A stretch of 64,000 nt of DNA from Carcharhinus longimanus. Taxonomy: Eukaryota. Shown here in pieces: positions 1-12,269 of the stretch. A model generated the notes under the pieces. The model did no database searches. It was not told the origin of the DNA and worked only from the letters and a program-made list of their open reading frames with translations. The translations under genes were made by a program, and so were the position numbers. Where the stretch lies: positions 53,108,875 through 53,172,874 of the forward strand of contig JASCQW010000081.1 in NCBI GenBank assembly GCA_030264375.1, read 5' to 3'. Position 1 is the first letter of the stretch. Each line of letters starts with the position of its first letter.

Positions 1-700
1 AGTCATGACTTTATATGGCAATCTGGGAAAGAATTGAGACATAAAAACAGCATCTTAAATCACTTGTAAGACATGATTTTCTGCTCAACTGCTTTTATCC
101 GCAGTCATAACATTTTCACCCAAAAATATGAGGGCTGGGGAATGAGTTACTCAGCAAGTCCTTTGAAGTAGAGTTTATACATAGGTGAGAAATGGCTACA
201 CAAGACTCTGCAGTCCTCATCTGATCATTGAACCTTGTAAGGAATATTAATCAAAGGGCACGAGATGTACCTTTAACATCTTAACTCTTTGTCGAGGAAC
301 TGCCTTAAAACTTGCTATGGCATCCAGGGAAACTAATAAGTGCCTTTGCTTTGCTCACTTGTATAACCTTCTTTCAGCTGGTCCAAATTATATTTACAAG
401 CTGCTGAGCAAATAAGTTAACTTCTTCCCCTTGGACCAAAGGAGGTTGAGAGGAGATTTATGACAGGTTTAGATAAGGCAGGAAAAGAAAAGCTTTTTCC
501 ATTAGGAGGACGAGCAGGGGTCACAGATGGGCAAGAGGGCAAGAGATGTGATAGTGGAGGGGGTGGGGGAGATAAACTTACTTACGTAGCCAGTGTCAAT
601 GACCTGGAACTTACTGCCTGACAGGGTAGTGGAAGTAAAGACATAGAAACATACCAACTAAGACCATTCGGCCCCTCAAGCCTGGTCTGTCATTCAATAC

Positions 701-1018
701 AGGGCTGCATGGTGGCTCAGTGGTTAGCACAGTTGCTTCACAGCATTAGGGACCATGGTTCACTTCCTGGGCTTGGGTCACTGTCTGCACGGAGTCTGCA
801 CATTCTCCTCGTGTCTGTGTGGGTTTCTTCCAGGTCTCCGGTTTCCTTCCACTGTCCAAAGATGTGCAGGTTAGGAGAATTGCCCATGATAAATTGTCCC
901 TTAGTGTCAGGGGGATTAGCAGGGTAAATACGTGGGGTTATGGGAATAGGGCCTGGATGGGATTGCTGTCAGTGCAGGGCCGAATGGCCAGCTCTGCACT
1001 GTTGTGATTCTATGATTC
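701..1018 (+). mobile_element. HE1-type tRNA-derived SINE
   Basis: Head tggtggctcagtggttagcac...ggttcacttcc; core gtgggtttcttccagg; tail ctgcactgt...ttctatgattc. Confidence 0.9.
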
Positions 1019-2069
1019 GATAATTCTAATATGCTCGTGGCTGATCTGTGTACCTTGATTTCCACAAATCCATCTTACTCCTGATAGCGAGAATCTATCT
1101 ACATCTGCCTTAACAATATTCAATGATCCCAGTTCACCCAATTTCTGAGGCAGAGTCCCAAAGTCACACAACCCTCTGAGTGAAAAAACAATTCTCCATA
1201 TTCCAGTCCTATAGGGGCAACCCTAATTTTCAGACTGATGATCCATGAACAAAATTGAAGGAAATTTAATATGGGGTCAGAGCAGGGAATGGGACAACCA
1301 GATTGCTCTACAGAAAGAAAGAATGAACATGATGGGCTGATTAGACTCCTTCTGCACTGTAATGGCAGAATACTCCACTCAGGACTGGGGAGAGAGGAAG
1401 GAGGGGAAGGGCGGAGAAGAATATAATAGGGTGGGTCGTCTCCACCTGGAAGGCATGTCACCTTCCTAACTCCTCCTCCCCAAATCCCCCAACTAAGTTC
1501 ATGACAGGAAAGGCCACAAACAGCCGTCCCACTTCGAGGCCAACTGAGGCCCTCAAGTGGTCACTTGAACATCTCATCCCACCATTGCTGGCATTCAACC
1601 AATGGGGACTAGGGCCATGCCATGTGGGCAGGCCATCAGGTAAACCCAGGCAGGAATGCCAGTGGCCTGGTGGTGGGATCCTTCTTTCTTGGACAACTTG
1701 TGCCCAGCAGAGGGAGCTGCCATCAGTCGTCTGTCCTTTACAGTGACCTCTCCCTTCCCCCACTTTGCCATGGCCTCCCTGACCAGCAAATGTGGTGGTC
1801 AGGGAGGCAATGGTGGTATTGCTGGCACTGGAAAGCAACTGTGCTAACCCCTGTGCCATCGTGCAGCCCTGTATTGAATGGTTCCCGAAGGCAGGATTGC
1901 AGAAAGTGCAGTGGGAAAATTGTAATAAATGGAGTTGGAGATCCCTGAGGGCAGCCTCGGGATTGCCAGATTGGGAACTAATCCCACTGTGAGATTAATC
2001 TCAGATTGACCCCCAGCTCTCCTGTTGGTGAACTGGGTCATTGCAGAATCTATCAAATTCCCAACCTAT

Positions 2070-2586
2070 CATTAGAATCCTGACAGCCCAGAAGGAGGCC
2101 ATTTGGCCCATCAATTCTACACTGACCACAATCGCACACAGATTACATCCCCCTAACCCCACCTATTTACCCTAGCTAGTCCCCCTGACATGAAGTGACA
2201 ATTTAGCATAACCAATCCACCTAACTTGCACATCTTTGGACTGTGTGAGGAAACCGGAACACTGGTTTGGGGTGGCACAGTGGCACCGTGGTTAGCACTG
2301 CTGCCTCACAGCGCCAAGGACGTTCGATTCCTGGCTTGGGTCACTACCTGTGTGGAGTTTGCACATTCTCCCCGTGCCTGTGTGGGTTTCCTCCAGGTGC
2401 TCTGATTTCCTCCCACACTCCAAAAATACGCAAATTAGGTTGAATTGCCATGCGGAATTGACCCTAGTGTCAGGGGGATTGGCATGGTAAATGTATGGAG
2501 GTGCAGGAATAGGGCCTGGTGGGATTGTGGTCAGTGTAGATTCAATGGGCTGAATGGCCTCCTTCTGCACTGTGGGGATTCTATGT
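2070..2586. mobile_element. Two adjacent inverted HE1 SINEs (minus 3' half 2070-2260; plus full copy 2270-2586)
   Basis: Same consensus as the 701-1018 copy, present in both orientations. Confidence 0.88.
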
Positions 2587-3097
2587 GGGGGGTCCTTTGG
2601 GCAGAGAGAGGAGGTGGGGGGGGTGACAGGATAAGGGGGGCTAGCCTGGCATAGGGAACTTTTGGCAATGGGTTCCATTGTCCGTGGAGAAGGAGGGAAT
2701 GGGTGGAGTGTCAAGCGTACACAGTGTGCAGGCGCCCTATTCTCCCAGCACATTATGGCCCCTAGAGCTCAGCAGCCGGCTTCCCAATAGGCTCCCTCCC
2801 TCTGCTGGCGAGAATCAGTTTTTTTTTGACTGTCATAGAGTCAAGGAGGTTTACAGCATGGAAGCAGGCCCTTTGGTCCAACATGTCCATGCCACTTTTT
2901 TTAAAACCCTAAGCTAATCCCAATTGCCCGCATTTAGCCCATATCCCTCTATACCCATCTTACCCATGTAACTGCCTAAATGCTTTTAAAAGACATAAGA
3001 TTTCACTTTTCAACTCTCCAAAAAAAACAAGACTGAAACTCCCCCAGTTTCATGCTGGTTCAGCTTCTTTTGTAAGTTTGCCCTCTANNNNNNNNNN

Positions 3098-3274
3098 ACT
3101 GTGGCCGATCCACCTACTCTGCATATCTTTGGACTGTGGAAGGAAACCAGATCACCGAGAGGAAACCCGGGAGAACATGCAAACTGCGCACAGACGAACA
3201 CCCAAGGCCAGAATCGAACCTGGGTCCCTGGTGCTGTGAGGCAGCAGTGCTAATCACTGCCACCGTGCCATCCC
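3098..3274 (-). mobile_element. HE1 SINE 5' half
   Basis: gcagcagtgctaatcactgccaccgtgcc is the reverse complement of the SINE head. Confidence 0.85.
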
Positions 3275-3792
3275 AAACCATAGGTCATTTATACATTGAG
3301 AAGCATGCAGACAGTATATTGTTTGAATTCCAACCTTTTCTAGTTTAGGTTTACATTTAACAAATACCTTTTGACTGCAGAATTTCATGAGGCAGAGTGT
3401 CTACTATCCCAGGCATTATCCGTCCTTCCTGTCTCCCAGAGGCTGTTTTTAACCTTTGTCCCAGTGTCTGGTGCTACCAGGCTCGGCCTTTCTCTTTGGA
3501 CTTTATTTACTAAACCAGGTATTTGAGGAGTACAAAAGGCATTCAGGTTACTGATATGGGCTCTAGAGACATCTGAGTTTACTGATACTAGTCTGTTTAA
3601 TTACTTAGGCATTCAACACTGAAAATATTTCCAAATTCAACCATATAGTCATCAAATCCTTCTAAAAAATCCCTTTACTAAATTACATAGTTTCCCTAAT
3701 TCGTTTTGATGTGATCGTTCAAATCCTTTAAAGATCCTTTAACCATATTCATTATTTCCCTCTTACAGTGCAGTAAAATTTTCCCATATGAG

Positions 3793-4000
3793 AGCTAATG
3801 TGAGGTGGGGAGGGTGGGGGATTTATGTGAGGGGAGCCATGGGAGAGGCTGATGTGAGGGAGACCAAGCAGAGGATTCATGTGAGGGGAGCTGCGGGAGA
3901 GGCTGATGTGAGCGGGAGGCAATGGGATGGGATTCATGTGATGGAGGCCATAGCAGAGGCTGATGTGTGGGGGGCCATGGGAAAGACGACTTTGTGGGGA
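3793..4000. repeat. G-rich minisatellite, ~27-nt units alternating ggattcatgtga / ggctgatgtga
   Basis: About 8 degenerate units are directly visible. Confidence 0.8.
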
Positions 4001-4420
4001 GATGACATGCGCATATCGTGGAACTAGTGAATGTAGCTTTATACATATAGCTAGAAAAGACTTGTATGTGTCTTGTTTCTGTGTTCGCACCTATTTCATG
4101 ACAAAGAAGTATCTTTGACATGATAAGAATGTTTAGGGTTTCCCAGTGCTCTTGGGAGGTAACCAGGGGTTCCACAGCTGGGTAAGCTTGGGAAACCCTG
4201 GTATAGAGCATGAGCAATCAGCCATAAAGCCAATGATTTTTCAGTAGATACGTCTTAGAATGACTCTAGTGCATGATTTAATGCAACATGAAGCTGGGTG
4301 CACAAGCTGGAAGGGACTTCTATCCAAGTTTCTTCAATTTATTGATCACACAAGATCATATTATCTTTCAAATTGAATACACTTACTTATTTGGGCTACA
4401 GTTATGCTTGCTTTCTGCAG

Positions 4421-4574
4421 GTTAAGGATTTCTCTGCTAATACACTAATTCAACAACACGACAACTTAGATGCATCCTTGGACAATTGTTTCAGTGGTGA
4501 CACAGTGGTAATTTTTCCTGGAGAATATCATGCCTCGGGATTTGGAATGCTAACAGATGATATCATCATTAGAG
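4421..4574 (+). CDS. SHCBP1L: SHCBP1-like (testicular spindle-associated protein) internal exon
   Basis: ttctgcag|GTT...AGAG|gtatgt; 154 nt, phase 0-1; VKDFSANTLIQQHDNLDASLDNCFSGDTVVIFPGEY...LTDDIIIR resembles recalled human SHCBP1L (LDNCYSGDTVIIFPGEY...LTDDIIIK). Confidence 0.93.
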
Positions 4575-5169
4575 GTATGTCTTGAAATAACATGTATTCT
4601 TACGTCTCCATTTACTAATTAGATAATCTTAATTATATAATTATGTAAATATGGAAGAATATTAGGTACAGTTTATTTGGGAATATTCAACCACCGCATA
4701 GAAGGCTTCCAATTAGTATTGGTTTTGTCACTTGGAAGTTAGCCAATCTTGACTGAATTATGAATGTTTTAATGATTAGACAGACTGTATAGAAATTTAA
4801 CATCTAAATTAACAAACATTAACTCATTTGTTTTATATATGCTAGCATCTCTGCTAAAATAACAAAGGAAGAGTATACGAAGGACATTTAAGAGAACAGA
4901 AAAATTAAAACTGCATTTTCTCACTATGTTGCTCTATATTTAGTGTACATTACTTCCCTACCCCTTGATCACTGAATTCTACTCACTTTGGTCTAAGTGG
5001 ATTGACCTGAAGTGTCAACTCTGTTTCATCCTTCACAGATGCTACCAAACCTGTTAAGTATTTCCAGCATTTTCTGTTTTTGTTCACTAGATCGTGAAAG
5101 ACCTGTCACATCTGTGTGGGCTTTTAACACCACTGAAGTTCCTGACTAAGGGGATGCACCAGGGCTTGG

Positions 5170-6600
5170 TTGAAGGAGCAGCTGTTTCACTTAAATAATT
5201 TATTTCCATCAGGACCAACAGCAGATGAAGAAGAGACCATGTCTGCTTCTACATTGGAAAGTTCACAGGATGCACTGCACTTTTTTTTATTCCAGGGCAC
5301 CTTCCATCAATGCAGATACGCTCATGAGAGTGGATTGTGTTCCACATGTAGAATAGGTGGCATAATCTGGACACTGCACAAACTTGCAGGGGAAATAATG
5401 GAGGCAGTGACAACTGTGGCCATTTCCCCTAGGAGGAATGAGGAGAGGCTGAAATGGCAAGCTTTGGGTGTCATCAGCAAAGCAGCTGAAGTTTCAGCTG
5501 TTCCATATGTGTGAAGATTGGTTTCCAAAGGCCAAGAAGCCTCCTGCACAAACCATGAGGACTCTATCCATGACATGTGAATGCACACAATCCACCATTT
5601 AAGGGAGTGGCAAACCTCAGAGAGAGAGAGAGAGACACACATAGAGCGTTGCACTGTTGAACATAGCGTATGTTATAGACCTCTGTAACACGGCCTCACT
5701 CATGAAGATTATGGAACGATGAGCTGGTAAAATGGGCATTTGCTCATTTCCTGTTGCCATTCCAGGCAACCGCAGAAGAGTGAAAAGACAGAGAAGGAGC
5801 AAGCTTCAGGCAGTGGAGCTCCCCTCAAGATGCTTTGATGGCTGGCAGTGGTTGTATATGTCCTGTGCCAGTTGGATTTGTGTAAAGGGCCAGAAGCCAT
5901 GACTTGAGTAATTACTACTTAGCCCAGGATTCAGCCACAAAGATATTCAGATGGCCTGAATAGCTGAGACAAATGGGCTATCTAAAGATGAAGGAGCCAG
6001 AGCAGCTTCCTGGAAGGTGCACAAACCCTATATGATCTGAATCATAGAATTCCTACAGTGCAGAAGGAGGCCATTTGGCCCATTGAGTCTGCACCAACCA
6101 CAACATCACACATGCCCTTTCCTCATAACCCCATATATTTACCCTGCTAATCCCCCTGACACTAAAGGACAATTTAGTAAGGCCAATCAATCTAACCCGC
6201 ACATCTTTGGAGTGTAGGAGGAAACCCACACAGACACAGAACGTACAGACTCCTCACAGGCAGTGACCCAAGGATGGAATTGAACCCAGGTCCCTGGCGC
6301 TGAGAGGTAACAGTGCTAACCACACTGCCACCATGCCGTCCTCACAGTGGTTGCAAACAACTGGAACATTATGTGAGTGAATCCTCCCCCTGTTTACAAA
6401 GATGTCAGGTTGTTATGAGGCATCCTTGATTTGCACCTGAATAGGGTCAATGATCCCGTCCACCTAGGGAAACACAGTTATGGCCTTGATGCCAACTTCC
6501 ACCTCAGCCTGACTGACCGGATTGATTGAACTTGATATGCTGGCCATTCCAATGTGACTTGTATCTGACCTCATTTGATCAGGTCAACAGGGATAATTCC
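5170..6600 (-). mobile_element. Degenerate PIF/Harbinger DNA transposon transposase remnant, interrupted by HE1
   Basis: Minus strand near 6460-6345 reads GIIDPIQVQIKDAS*QPDIFVNRGRIHSHNVPVVCNH (cf. GAIDCTHI..FVNRKGFHSINVQLVCD); it resumes below 6039 with FPGSC.SFI and KSWLLA-like motifs. Boundaries approximate. Confidence 0.7.
6039..6341 (-). mobile_element. HE1 SINE
   Basis: Near full-length reverse-complement copy. Confidence 0.9.
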
Positions 6601-6726
6601 CTACTCTTCTGTCAAGGTGTTTCAGCATCTTTTATGTCCCTCTGAAAGAGTAGATGGAGCCATGCTTTCATATCTCTTCCAAAAACAACACTTTCAACAG
6701 CACAGCACTCGCTCAGAGTGCAAGCT

Positions 6727-6801
6727 GCCCAGCTAGCTTATCTTAAGAGAGAGCATAAGACTTTTAATCTCAGGGTCATGGTTTGGGCCCCATGCTGGAC
6801 A
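6727..6801 (+). pseudogene. tRNA-Lys pseudogene (CTT-type body, anticodon now TTT)
   Basis: GCCCAGCTAGCTTA...AGAGCATAAGACTTTTAATCTCAGGGTCATGGTTTGGGCCCCATGCTGGACA aligns to vertebrate tRNA-Lys(CTT); D-loop and T-loop/B box are damaged. Confidence 0.85.
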
Positions 6802-6809
6802 GCAGTATT

Positions 6810-6996
6810 TGGAGTTGGATAGCTCAATTGGCTGGACCACTGGTTAGTGATGAAGAGTGAGGCCAACAACGTGAGTTCAATTTCCACACTGGCTGAGTTT
6901 ATTCACCCTTAGTCCTGTCCTGAGGTGTGGTGATCCTTAGGTTAAATCACCACCAGTCAGCTCTCTCTGTAGTCATTTGGGACTATGGTGACTACT
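6810..6996 (+). mobile_element. tRNA-derived SINE (second family)
   Basis: A box tagctcaattgg, B box gagttcaatttcc, tail ggttaaatcaccaccagtcagctctc...gggactatggtgact. Confidence 0.75.
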
Positions 6997-7855
6997 TGAG
7001 ATGCAGCCCAGATTTTGTTTTCATCTCCTGAATGGGACTTGAACTCACAATATCCTGAGACAAGAGTGCTATGTACCCACAGAGTGACAGAGTTTCTGAA
7101 TACTTCTTAGAAGATCCTGAAGACATCATCAGTGCCCTTGCTACAGATTAAGGGGTGATTAAAATTACCTGTACAGAGACAGATGAGGTCAGGTTAAATC
7201 AGATGGAGAACTCCATCTGCAATATTTCCTGGAAATAGAACATAGAACATTACAGCGCAGAACAGGCCCTTCGGCCCACGATGTTGCGCCGACCAGTTAC
7301 AAAAACANNNNNNNNNNNNNNNNNNNNNNNNNNNNNNNNNNNNNNNNNNNNNNNNNNNNNNNNNNNNNNNNNNNNNNNNNNNNNNNNNNNNNNNNNNNNN
7401 NNNNNNNACTATTCAAAGTCCTCCCGTTAGCCCTATACTCCACACATCTGTTGCTCCTACCAAAGTGAATTACCTCACACTTCTTGAAGGACAAGAACTG
7501 ACCCAAATGTTTGCTGCTTTCAAACATTCCTGTTGTACATCTTTACTAATGTATTTTTTTTTCAATAGTGCTGATATAATTGTGGTATTAAAATTCCAAT
7601 TATAACAAAATAATTAGATCAATGTCAGGAAAGCACTGAATCTTACAAAGCCTATCTGAGAGTTCCTAATTTTTAATGATTTAACTGTTTCCTGTCTTTG
7701 AACTGCTCATAGTGGTTATATGATGTGCAGAACTTCAAATACGTTTTTTCAACTTGCGCAAAAATTCTTTGTTTTAATAGCGACATTGAAATTTAAAGAT
7801 CCTTATAAAAAAAATCATTTCAATCAAAGGTGATGCTAGTAATTGCAATTGTTAA

Positions 7856-8167
<312 letters not shown>

Positions 8168-8224
8168 TAGAAACTAGTCTGCATTCAGAAACTTTGAACT
8201 TGACTTATGCTTTTACTTGTGCGC

Positions 8225-8845
8225 CATGGTTTGGAACACAAAGATAGGTAGGACAGTAGACTGTGAAGAGGACATAAGGAGCCACAAAGGGATATAGATA
8301 AGTTTAAGGGAGTGGGCAAAAATCTGGCAAATGGCGTATATATAAAACCCTACAGTGCAGAAAGAGGCCCTTTTGGCCCATGGAGTGTGCACTGACCACA
8401 ATCCCATCTAGGCCCTACCCCCATATCCCTACATATTTTACGCACTAATCCCTCTAACCTACACATCTCAGGACACTAGGACAATTTTACCATGGCCAAT
8501 CAACCTAACCAGCATATCTTTGGACTGTAGGNNNNNNNNNNNNNNNNNNNGAGGAAACCCACACAGACACGAGGAGAATGTGCAAACTTCACACAGACAG
8601 TGACCCAAGCCAGGAATCGAACCCAGGGCTCTGGTGCTGTGAAGCAGCAGGCTAACCACTGCTACTGTGCCACCCCTATATAATGTAGGAAAAGATGAAA
8701 TTTCCGTTTTGGCAAGAGGAATAAAAAGAAGCATGTTATCTAAGTGGTGAGAGAAGAAAAAGCTCTGAGGTGCAGAAAGATCTGTGTATCCTAGTGCATA
8801 AATGTCAAATGTTTAGTATGCACGTACAGCAAGCAATTAGGAATC
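8225..8845. mobile_element. CR1 LINE fragment (+) with nested HE1 SINE (-, 8347-8675)
   Basis: RT C-terminal-like sequence (gacataaggagccacaaagggatatagataagttt) resumes after the SINE; tatataa flanks both sides of the SINE as a possible TSD. Confidence 0.8.
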
Positions 8846-10096
8846 CATATTTACCCTGAATTTGAACATAGCGAAAAAGAGAGAATAATCACAAATTTGT
8901 TGGCAAGTTGGTGACTGCAGTTTCTACCCCTATTATTAGGAATCATTATTCTTTTCAGAAGAGAGCCCAAGAGGAAGGATCGAGTTTAGGAATGTGGCAT
9001 TTCCAGAGTTACTGCTGGCATAATAACCTTAGTAAGGTTGTTTTGTTGACCATCAACTACTTTGAGAACTATCTGAGTCACATCATGGTAGAGCTATGAT
9101 TCGCAGATTTAGCTTTTTCTTAGAATATTTGTGGAGGCATGGTGCAGACATAAAGCAATGAATTTATCAGCTCAGCATCTGTCTGGACGATGATATGTCC
9201 TCAGTAGGGATAATCTAAGCCACTAAAATGGAAGTCAGGCTATTTTGTAGTACTAGATCTAACGAGCAGCAGATTTTATTTTACAGAACAAAAAATGATA
9301 ATTTTCTATACCAAATTCAGGAACCCTGGAACAACCATGTTTTTCTTCTGTGTTGAATGCACATGCATGTTCTTTTGTCATGGTGACCAAAACTAAAGAC
9401 AGTGTAGACTAACCCTAATTTTGTTAATTCAAAATCATTGAATTATTCAATAATTTGAATTATTAAACAGATAAAAGACACAGGCAAGTGGGAATTTTGA
9501 ATAATAAATTAGTTTTAATTAAGTATCTTTGAAATAATAAGACAAGTAGATTGCATCCTAATTGTGTTCTGCCAAAGCAAAACTTCACTGAGCATATATT
9601 CTATTTTTCTGGTTATCCATCCCAGCACACTAATGGTGTTTAAATTTTTGACCACATTCTTTGAATTTATTGGGTAAATTTTCAACTTGCTGTCTGGTTG
9701 TGAAATCAGTGTTGCAAATAGGGCATTTTCTAAAGCAAGCTAATATGAAAGCTAAATAGTAAATGCAAAATCTATCCAAAAATGTGTCTACTGATCCTAA
9801 ATCTCCTTTTATTTATTCACTTTAATGTGATCCACTTTTTCAGAAGTGGTGGTGCATGGTTCATCATGGGTTGCGCTGAATGGTCTTTTTTTTATTTTAT
9901 ACATGTACACTGCAAATGATTGTTGAACCTAGGTTGCTTTGATAGGTTAGCCTGTCAAATTTCATTTCAAAGCCAATTAAAATTTCATTTCAGCTAGTAT
10001 TTTCATCATTTCTAATTTTTGGTATTTACAAAAATATGTAGTACTTTAATTGAATGTTATGTTACAATGTCAAACTTGCAATCTTAATATTAACAG

Positions 10097-10219
10097 GGAC
10101 CAGGTGTTGAGCTATACCCAGGAAGTGTGGCTTGTTTGGAAGGAAATGATATTCACAAATGCAGTAGTATTAAAAGTTCTGATGTCCTCAAGAGTATGTT
10201 GGGAGGAATTAAATTGAAG
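10097..10219 (+). CDS. SHCBP1L: SHCBP1L penultimate coding exon
   Basis: taacag|GGA...AAG|gtaagt; 123 nt, phase 0-0; GPGVELYPGSVACLEGNDIHKCSSIKSSDVLKSMLGGIKLK fits SHCBP1L (GAGVELYPGS...KSTLGGVNMK) better than SHCBP1. Confidence 0.93.
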
Positions 10220-11297
10220 GTAAGTCTAGAGTAATGATTATTTTCACTTTGGATAAAAGTATTTTTGAAGAGTCATTTGATTGTAGAGAACTGATGAAGT
10301 TGGAACCATGAACCATTCAGTATGGGTACTTTGAAACTTGCCATTGAAATGCATTTAAGTGATCTTGAGAAAGGCATTTTAAATTATTACTTTTCTGCTG
10401 CTGATCTATAAATTAGTATATAAATTTTATAACTGGAAATAAGATTTTGTGTTGCAAAGTTTTTGTTAAATAATTCCCAAAAAGCTAACCTGTAAAATAA
10501 GGTTGTGAATAAATCATTAAACTTGATTGTAGACTTTACTTAAGTGATACAATAACAAGGTATAATTAAATAATTTTCTTTCAAGTATTGTCCCCATTCC
10601 TGCTGTCCTGAAGGTGCTGGCTGATGCTGAGCAGTCTTTGCACAGGCACAAGTGGCCTTTGGAGGATATCTTGTACACAGACAGCCCAGTTCCCAGCTCG
10701 TATCCTTACATGTGGTTCCATTGGTGATCATAAATTGGTAATCAAGAGTTGGAGCCCTGCCTGATCTTATTTCTCCCTGTTCAGGGGCACTGAGGTCAAT
10801 CACAGTGTCCCAGATACTGCCCTGACTAAATTTAACTAGTCTGTCACAAAGTGAGACTCTAACCTGGGACCTTAGGGTTGTGGATAGTGTCACACCTTGG
10901 TCATCAGTAGACCTGCAATTTGTATATAAAATATTAATTTTCTGAGTTTAAGTCTCACCAGCCAGAGGAACATATCAGAAATTGAGCTGCATATCTTAAA
11001 GGATAACTCTGGACATCCCACGCCTAATTTCCAAATATCTTCTACCAAAATTGTTAATTCCTCATTCCCATTAGCTAACTGAGTGAAAAATCATAGAAAC
11101 AGGTCACGTGTGTCAAGCTGATCTGTGCTGGTGTCTGTGATCAACATGAGCTGCCCCTCCCCTTTTCATGTAACCTTGTCAACATATCTTTCTATTCCTT
11201 TCGCCCTCAGATTGAAAAATTCCCAATCAGATTTGTTAATGATCTTTTATTTATGGTCCTGAACTATGGTCCCAGAAACATCTCTATGTCTACGTTA

Positions 11298-11617
11298 TAG
11301 AATCATAGAATCCTACAGTGCAGAATCCCACCCAGACCCTACCCCCATATCCCTACATATTATTACCCATTAATCCCTCTTATCTAAGCATCTTCGGACA
11401 CTAAGGGGCAATTTTAGCATGGCCAGTCAACCTAACCCACACATCTTTGGACTCAACCCCAATAATTTTTTANNNNNNNNNNNNNNNNNNNNNNNNNNNN
11501 NNNNNNNNNNNNNNNNNNNNNNNNNNNNNNNNAGACAGTGACCCGAGCCGGGAATCAAACCCAGGTCCCTGGAGCTGTGAAGCAGCAGTGCTAACCACTG
11601 TGCTACCATGCCGCCCA
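11298..11617 (-). mobile_element. HE1 SINE containing a 60-N gap
   Basis: Head and tail match the other copies. Confidence 0.88.
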
Positions 11618-12269
11618 AACCCTTTCACGATCTTAAAAACTGTTTACATCTCTTAGCCTTTTCCCTTCTGATGAAAAGAGCCCCAACCGGTTCAATCTTC
11701 CTATGGCATAACTTCTCAGTTCTGTATCATCCTGCTAGATCATTTTTGCACTCTTTATCAGTGCTTCTATGTCCTCTTTAAGTTATAGATATCAACACTG
11801 TATTTTTCTGCAAGTTTGATCTAACCACAGTGCCATACAAGTTGAACTCATCTCTGTTTTTCAAGTCCAACCTTTTAGAAAGGAACACCAGTGCTTTCCT
11901 CTAAAGTTATTGAATCTTTTGAAGTCTCCAAAATTCTTTGCTACCTCATGTTTGAATGTCTTCAGTCAGGTTTGTGTGCCTTACTGAGTACTGAAATAGC
12001 CTTTGTGACATCCTTTGTGACTTTTTGTACAGCCAAAGCATTTTTTATCCCAAAACTCTTCCCTCACTGGGCCATCCAACACTGGTCCTTTAAGTTTTCC
12101 TTTCGCTGAGCACTGATCTTTATTCTTCCGTTGACACACTCTTACATCTTACCTTTATGCATCCACCAGCACCTACCCCTGCCATTAACGCTTCCTCTGC
12201 CTCATGATCTACACATCTTTGTTGCAATTTGATGCTGCCAGACCTGCTGAGTTTTTCCAGCATGTTTAT

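Larger units (their letters stand above)
6620..7085 (-). mobile_element. DeuSINE/SacSINE1-like SINE split by a nested insert (~6722-6997)
   Basis: atcttttatgtcc...cagcactcgctcag and cagcccagattttg...gggacttgaactcacaa...agagtgcta are consecutive parts of one consensus; an uninterrupted relative is at 57760-57960. Confidence 0.7.

Noticed and set aside
709-3348. Cluster of short overlapping ORFs at the window start
   Set aside because: All fall within SINE and other GC-richer repeat remnants; no splice-consistent SHCBP1L exon was found here.
3793-4000. Repeat-spacer appearance suggesting a CRISPR-like array
   Set aside because: Units are degenerate tandem repeats with related 'spacers', in a vertebrate intron, with no cas genes.
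6727-6801. Functional tRNA-Lys(TTT) gene
   Set aside because: D-loop, T-loop (GTTTGG instead of GTTCGA) and acceptor stem are disrupted.
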